Part shown: positions 5,731 through 10,623 of the stretch, in pieces
Layout: every line of letters begins with the position of its first letter
Position numbering within the stretch: the first letter of the stretch is position 1
Source: Candidatus Undinarchaeota archaeon
Lineage (GTDB): Archaea; Undinarchaeota; Undinarchaeia; Undinarchaeales; UBA543
Reading direction: 5' to 3'
Assembly: GCA_964567575.1 (NCBI GenBank)
Contig: CAZMMZ010000014.1
Span: forward strand, 1-10,623
DNA length: 10,623 nucleotides
Notes under the pieces: generated by a model
Told to the model about the DNA's origin: nothing
The model's database searches: none
Seen by the model: the letters and a program-made list of their open reading frames with translations, nothing else
Program-made: the position numbers and the translations under genes

Positions 5731-6855
5731 TTATAAAATATATGGTCCAGCTAGATTAATTATTATCATTAAAAGAGAAATCGCACTCAAGCCTCTTACT
5801 AAAATTTTCGAAAGTGCTGGTGCTTTTCTTTTTGTTATTGCTTCAACCATCAACCCACCATCAAATGGTTTTAGTGGGAGTAAATTAAATAATCCAATTC
5901 CTAAATTCAAGATAACTATCCAATTGAATGCCCCTACTCCAAACCAAAATACGCTCTTTGGAACAAAAGAATGTGGTTTATAACAAAGTGGATTTACTAA
6001 AGTTTTTGAACAAATAACAGCTTGTATTCCTATGTATCCTCTGCCATTTTTTTCTCCTAATGTGATCGGGAAGGAACCTTGATCTGTATCTAGTGTTATT
6101 ACCTGTCCTGGTTTCAAATCCTTTGTAACCTCTGTAAACCCTTCAAGAGATTCTACTGGAGTTCCTGAAAAAGTAGTTAGCACTGCTCCGTCTTGTAAAC
6201 CAGCTATCTGCGCTGGTCCTCCGTCATCAACAGTTACAATATGTGCTCCTGGTATGAATGTTGTTAATGTTGGGACTAAAACAAAAATAAGTAAAAGGAA
6301 AGCAAGTATAGCGATTATGAAATTCATAAATGATCCTGCAACATACATCCGAAGTTGTGAAAGTGTTTTTGCGTTTTTTAGTTGTTTTTCATCAGGTTCA
6401 ACAAAAGCACCAATTGGTAAGAATCCAAGTGAAGCAAGACCAACTGATTTTAATTTTATTTTTTCTGTTTGAGCGATTATGCCATGTGACATTTCATGGA
6501 AAACAAGAACTGTAATTAATCCAATTATTCCAACCCAGAATGGGATTGTAACTCCTGGAATAACAGGAACTGCGCCTGCTACTGCTCCTTTGGTTGTAAA
6601 TATTAAGATAGTATTTTTTAAAAGCGCATAAAATATGTAAAACATTGCAATGAAACCAATTCCAATACCAAATGTTGAAAATCCTTTCCAAAAGCGTGGT
6701 GCTTTATTTGCAATTTTTTCTATTATTCTAATCCCCTGTTTTGTATGAAATAATGCTAAAGGTCCAGTGACTTTGAAATTTTTCTTTTTCCTAAGGACAA
6801 AAGTTCCGCTAATTACAAGCGCTAGTAATATTCCTATTACATAATATCCATTCAT
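5731..6855 (-). CDS. Site-2 protease (peptidase M50) with PDZ-like insert
   Basis: HEMSHG (HExxH), GAFVEPD, AGSFMN, NLLPLKPFDGG; PDZ-like segment (VTVDDGGPAQIAGLQDGAVL). ATG 6855 is preferred over TTG 6870 from TATA spacing. Confidence 0.92.
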   Translation of the reverse strand: MNGYYVIGILLALVISGTFVLRKKKNFKVTGPLALFHTKQGIRIIEKIANKAPRFWKGFSTFGIGIGFIAMFYIFYALLKNTILIFTTKGAVAGAVPVIPGVTIPFWVGIIGLITVLVFHEMSHGIIAQTEKIKLKSVGLASLGFLPIGAFVEPDEKQLKNAKTLSQLRMYVAGSFMNFIIAILAFLLLIFVLVPTLTTFIPGAHIVTVDDGGPAQIAGLQDGAVLTTFSGTPVESLEGFTEVTKDLKPGQVITLDTDQGSFPITLGEKNGRGYIGIQAVICSKTLVNPLCYKPHSFVPKSVFWFGVGAFNWIVILNLGIGLFNLLPLKPFDGGLMVEAITKRKAPALSKILVRGLSAISLLMIIINLAGPYIL

Positions 6856-6877
6856 ATCTCGTTTTAACAAATTGAAC

Positions 6878-6885
6878 TATATAAA
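6878..6885 (-). promoter_or_regulatory. Candidate TATA box for the M50 protease gene
   Basis: TTTATATA on the - strand, 22 nt before ATG 6855. Confidence 0.62.
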
Positions 6886-6891
6886 GTTGTC

Positions 6892-7809
6892 TTATAACAC
6901 GAAAGCAGCAATAATAAAGGCAATATAACCTGTTAAAAGAATCGCTCCTTGCCACATATGTATCTTTTTACGGTGCCATAAGAATACTAACATTAATGCA
7001 GTTACTCCAAGCATTATTGGCATATCAAATATAAACAGGCGTGGGATTGCTTTTATTGGACGAACAATTGCAGATAAACCAAGAACTGCTGAGATATTGA
7101 ACATATTGCTTCCAATAATATTTCCAATTGCAATTTCCTGCATTCCTTTCTTTGCAGCAACAATTGATGTGACAAGTTCTGGTAATGAAGTTCCTATTGC
7201 TACAATTGTCATTCCAATTACAATTTGTGAAATCCCTAAAAATTCAGCTATTGTTGTTGCTGACCTTACTAACAATGTACTACCAATAATTACTCCAACT
7301 AACCCGATAATACAAAATATTATACTTCTATGTATTGGTTCTTTTGTTATATTTTTTACATCTCTTTTATCTTTACTTAGAAGATGTTTTAGGTAGACTA
7401 TCAAACAAGCGAATAAAATTAATCCTTCAAATCGATTTATTCCACCCCACATCAAACCAAAACATAAAATCGAAACAAGAAACATTATCAAACCGTGTTT
7501 GAAATCTTCTCTTTTTATCTTTACTGTGAATAATAATCCGGTTACTCCTAAGACAAGTGCAATGTTTGCAATATTTGAACCCACAACGTTTCCTGCTGCA
7601 ATTTCACTGGCTTTTAGGAAAGAAGCAACAACTGAAACAGCCATTTCTGGCAAAGAAGTTCCAAAAGCAACGAGTGTGAAACCAATTACAAATTTGCTTA
7701 TTCCAAGTGTACTTGCTATTTTTGCTGAGCTTTCTACAAACCAATCAGCTCCTTTTAACAATAATGTAAATCCAACTAACAACAAAAGCACAGTTATCAT
7801 CATACTCAT
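6892..7809 (-). CDS. Calcium/sodium antiporter (CaCA family, YrbG-like)
   Basis: 305 aa with two alpha repeats (GTSLPEMAVS...GNVVGSN and GTSLPELVTS...GNIIGSN); ATGA overlap with the ATPase stop. Confidence 0.93.
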   Translation of the reverse strand: MSMMITVLLLLVGFTLLLKGADWFVESSAKIASTLGISKFVIGFTLVAFGTSLPEMAVSVVASFLKASEIAAGNVVGSNIANIALVLGVTGLLFTVKIKREDFKHGLIMFLVSILCFGLMWGGINRFEGLILFACLIVYLKHLLSKDKRDVKNITKEPIHRSIIFCIIGLVGVIIGSTLLVRSATTIAEFLGISQIVIGMTIVAIGTSLPELVTSIVAAKKGMQEIAIGNIIGSNMFNISAVLGLSAIVRPIKAIPRLFIFDMPIMLGVTALMLVFLWHRKKIHMWQGAILLTGYIAFIIAAFVL

Positions 7810-10493
7810 TTAGCAAACCTTCTTTCAATAATCTGCTTAATAATTATCACTATATAAACTATTGCGGATACTCCAAGGATCCAAGGCCAAATTGACAATG
7901 GTAGTGCTACTGTATGGAACAATGTCTGCAGTACTGGCAAATAAATTATAGCAATCATTAGTCCAAGTGATAGTAAAATAGCAAGCCATACCCACTTATT
8001 TGAGTTCCATTTTACATTGTAGCGTCCACGAACTATTTGCACACTAACCATTTCAAGTACAATCAGTGCAGCTAAAGCAACTGTTCTTGCTTGTGCTTCT
8101 GGCATTCCCGTGTACAACACCCACTTGAATAAGCCAAGAGTTGCAATACACATGAGTACAGATGCAAACAGGATGCTTTGTATCATTGATTTTGATATTG
8201 TATTCTCTTTTGACTTTCGTGGATTCCTGTTCATTATTCCAATAGCAGGCGGATCCAAAGCTAATGCTACTGCTGGCAAGCCATCCGTAAGCAAATTCAC
8301 CCACAATATTTGAACTGCAAGTAATGGGAGTGGCATTCCAATCAATGCTGCAATAAATATTATCAAAACTTCAGCTCCATTACTCATTAAAAGAAAATGC
8401 AAAAATTTCCGAATATTGTCATAAATTGAACGTCCTTCTTCAATTGCATGCACAATTGTTGCAAAATTATCATCCTCAAGAACCATGTCTGCTGCTCCTT
8501 TTGCAACATCTGTTCCTGTTATGCTCATTGACACTCCTATGTCCGAATTTTTCAATGCAGGTGCATCATTTACACCATCGCCGGTCATTGCAACTATGTG
8601 TCCTCTCCTTTGCAATGCTTTGAGTATTCTTACTTTGTGTTCTGGTGAAACTCTAGAGAAAATTGAAACTTTTTCTATTATTTTATTAAGTTTCTTTTCA
8701 CTCATCCGACTTAATTCTTCTCCATCAATTGCAAGATCCCCTTCTTTGAACAATCCAATTTCTTTTCCAATTGCCACAGCGGTTTCATGATGGTCTCCAG
8801 TCACCATTATCGTTCGTATGCCAGCAGTTTTGCATGTTTCAAGTGCTTCTTTTACTTCTTCACGCGGAGGATCTATCATCCCAACTAGTCCAACAAAAGT
8901 AAGTTTGTTCTCGATTTCATCTGCCTTGAACTTTGATTTTTTTGGCAGTTCTTTGTAAGCAAATGCAAGAACTCTAAGTGCTCGGCCAGCCATATCATTA
9001 ATATTTTTAAGTATCTCATCCTTTTTCTTTTTAGTCAGTCTTTTTTTCTTTCCCTCATCATAGTAAACGGAACATCTGCTCAAAATTATTTCAGGAGCAC
9101 CTTTTGAAAATGCAACAAGTTTATCCTTATGCTGATGTATTGTCGTCATTCTTTTTCTTATTGAATTGAATTCAAATTCATGCATTCTCAAATATTCTTT
9201 ATTAAGTTTTGACAAGTCAAATCCGCCTTTTACAGCAAGTGTAAGCAAGCAACCTTCAGTTGGGTCTCCATGCATTTCCCATTTTCCTTTAACTTCTTGC
9301 AAATATGAATCATTGCAAAGTGCACCGGTTTTCAAAAATAGTTTCAGATGCTCTTGTTCTTTCTTTGTTGTTTTTCCCAATAATTTTATTTTACCTGTTG
9401 GATTATATCCGGTTCCAGTAATCTCAACAGTTTTCCCATTCAAGTATGCTTCACGAACAGTCATCTGATTCTTTGTCAAGGTTCCTGTTTTGTCTGTGCA
9501 AATCACATTTGTTGAGCCTAGTGTTTCAACAGCTGGAAGCCGCTTTACAATCGCATTCCTGCGTGCCATTTTCTGCAAACCCATTGCCAGTGTTATTGTG
9601 ACAACTGCAGGCAGTCCTTCTGGAACAGCAGCAACTGCCAAGCTTACTGCTATCATAAATACTGGAATTAGTGCTCCTCCTCTTAGCATCTCAACACCAA
9701 AAACCAGTGTACAAACAATTAAAGTTGCAATTCCAAGGAATTTTCCAATTTCTCTCAACTTTTTCTGTAATGGTGTTTCTTTTTCAGGTGCTTTCTGAAT
9801 CATCTTTGCAATTGATCCGATTTGTGTTCTCATTCCAGTTTCAACAACAACTCCTATTGCGCGACCAGTTGCAATTGTTGTATTCATAAACACAATATTT
9901 GAAAGCTCAGCAATTGATGTAACATCTCTTGAAAGAATATGCGTATCTTTGTGCACAGGAACAGATTCTCCGGTTAGAGCTGATTCATCAACAGTAAGAT
10001 TTGCGCTTTCAATTAATCGAATGTCTGCAGGAATACGATCTCCTGCTGCAAGAACAACAATATCTCCTGGCACTAAACTTCTTGAAGAAATTCTTCCACG
10101 CAAATTATTTCTTATTATAGTTGCTTTTGGAGCTGACATTTTTTTCAAAGCTTCCATTGCTTTTTCAGCTCGGTATTCCTGCACAAAACCAAGAACTGAA
10201 TTGAGTAGAATGATTAGAACAATAACACTAGTGTCTATAATTCCTTCAGGATCTTTATTGTAAAAACCAACAGCTGCTGATACAATTGCTGCCACAATCA
10301 ATATTGCAACCAATGCACTTTTGAATTGTCTAAAAAAAATCTTAAGTTTTGTATCTTTTTTCCCTTCTTTTAATTCATTTAATCCATATTTTCTAAGCCT
10401 GTTTGTAGCTTCAAAATTAGATAGGCCATCTTTTGTTGTTTCAAATTTTTTTAAAACTTCTTCTATTGTTTTTGAACTGTACATATTCTTCAT
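7806..10493 (-). CDS. P-type II Ca2+-transporting ATPase (SERCA/PMR1-like)
   Basis: 895 aa; TGES, VPEGLP, DKTGTLT, KGAPE, TGD, GDGVNDAPAL, DDNF, and M6 WVNLLTDG. Confidence 0.93.
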   Translation of the reverse strand: MKNMYSSKTIEEVLKKFETTKDGLSNFEATNRLRKYGLNELKEGKKDTKLKIFFRQFKSALVAILIVAAIVSAAVGFYNKDPEGIIDTSVIVLIILLNSVLGFVQEYRAEKAMEALKKMSAPKATIIRNNLRGRISSRSLVPGDIVVLAAGDRIPADIRLIESANLTVDESALTGESVPVHKDTHILSRDVTSIAELSNIVFMNTTIATGRAIGVVVETGMRTQIGSIAKMIQKAPEKETPLQKKLREIGKFLGIATLIVCTLVFGVEMLRGGALIPVFMIAVSLAVAAVPEGLPAVVTITLAMGLQKMARRNAIVKRLPAVETLGSTNVICTDKTGTLTKNQMTVREAYLNGKTVEITGTGYNPTGKIKLLGKTTKKEQEHLKLFLKTGALCNDSYLQEVKGKWEMHGDPTEGCLLTLAVKGGFDLSKLNKEYLRMHEFEFNSIRKRMTTIHQHKDKLVAFSKGAPEIILSRCSVYYDEGKKKRLTKKKKDEILKNINDMAGRALRVLAFAYKELPKKSKFKADEIENKLTFVGLVGMIDPPREEVKEALETCKTAGIRTIMVTGDHHETAVAIGKEIGLFKEGDLAIDGEELSRMSEKKLNKIIEKVSIFSRVSPEHKVRILKALQRRGHIVAMTGDGVNDAPALKNSDIGVSMSITGTDVAKGAADMVLEDDNFATIVHAIEEGRSIYDNIRKFLHFLLMSNGAEVLIIFIAALIGMPLPLLAVQILWVNLLTDGLPAVALALDPPAIGIMNRNPRKSKENTISKSMIQSILFASVLMCIATLGLFKWVLYTGMPEAQARTVALAALIVLEMVSVQIVRGRYNVKWNSNKWVWLAILLSLGLMIAIIYLPVLQTLFHTVALPLSIWPWILGVSAIVYIVIIIKQIIERRFAK

Positions 10494-10591
10494 TTGCTAA
10501 ATTTTGTAATGACATATCTCAACATTATAGGTGCTATTATTACAGTTAGAATGATTGAAGATACAATTATTGTGTAAATATCTGCAGAAAT
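10490..10591 (-). pseudogene. Probable 3' remnant of a cation:proton antiporter (CPA2-like) gene
   Basis: Frame ISADIYTIIVSSIILTVIIAPIMLRYVITKFSK ends in a TGA overlapping the ATPase ATG (ATGA). It resembles the last helix of CPA2 antiporters (recalled). In-frame TAG codons lie upstream at 10592-10594 and 10619-10621, and there is no start codon. Confidence 0.4.
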
Positions 10592-10623
10592 CTAGTTTAA
10601 TGTTTTGAGAGTTACCCTCTACG

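Noticed and set aside
290-9889. Other short track ORFs (e.g. 290-733, 483-770, 1833-2084, 2229-2522, 2642-3058, 3794-4018, 6254-6472, 7097-7396, 7499-7813, 8485-8790, 9166-9468, 9490-9798)
   Set aside because: All overlap well-supported genes on the opposite strand or in another frame and show no recognisable motifs.
10592-10621. TAG recoding (pyrrolysine or Gln), suggested by two in-frame TAGs and by every complete gene here ending in TAA or TGA
   Set aside because: The long conserved genes are full length under the standard code with no internal TAG, and low TAG use is normal in AT-rich genomes.
10601-10623. GTTTTGAGAG start resembling a CRISPR repeat, and a small AGAG/CTCT hairpin
   Set aside because: Single truncated occurrence, no second repeat and no cas genes in the window.

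Overview
AT-rich archaeal chromosomal segment; archaeal origin is shown by a TFE gene and TATA-box promoters, but the lineage cannot be determined from the window. The + strand carries a tightly coupled class III (anaerobic) ribonucleotide reductase operon: nrdD catalytic chain, a separate 66-aa ORF, an NrdH-like thioredoxin-fold protein and the nrdG activase. The main observation is that NrdD is split inside its Zn site. The 651-aa chain stops after the first CxxC, and the second CxxC plus the glycyl-radical loop are encoded by the 66-aa ORF, which has its own GGAGGT ribosome-binding site. A divergent ArsR-type regulator resembling the MsvR N-terminus lies upstream, and the intergenic region holds two TTCG-N8-CGAA palindromes placed symmetrically around a TATA element. 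The - strand carries a P-type Ca2+ ATPase, a Na+/Ca2+ exchanger, an M50 site-2 protease, TFE with a ~100-aa lysine-rich N-terminal tail, and an orphan flippase. A probable antiporter gene remnant sits at the right edge. No RNA genes, CRISPR arrays or recognisable mobile elements were seen.
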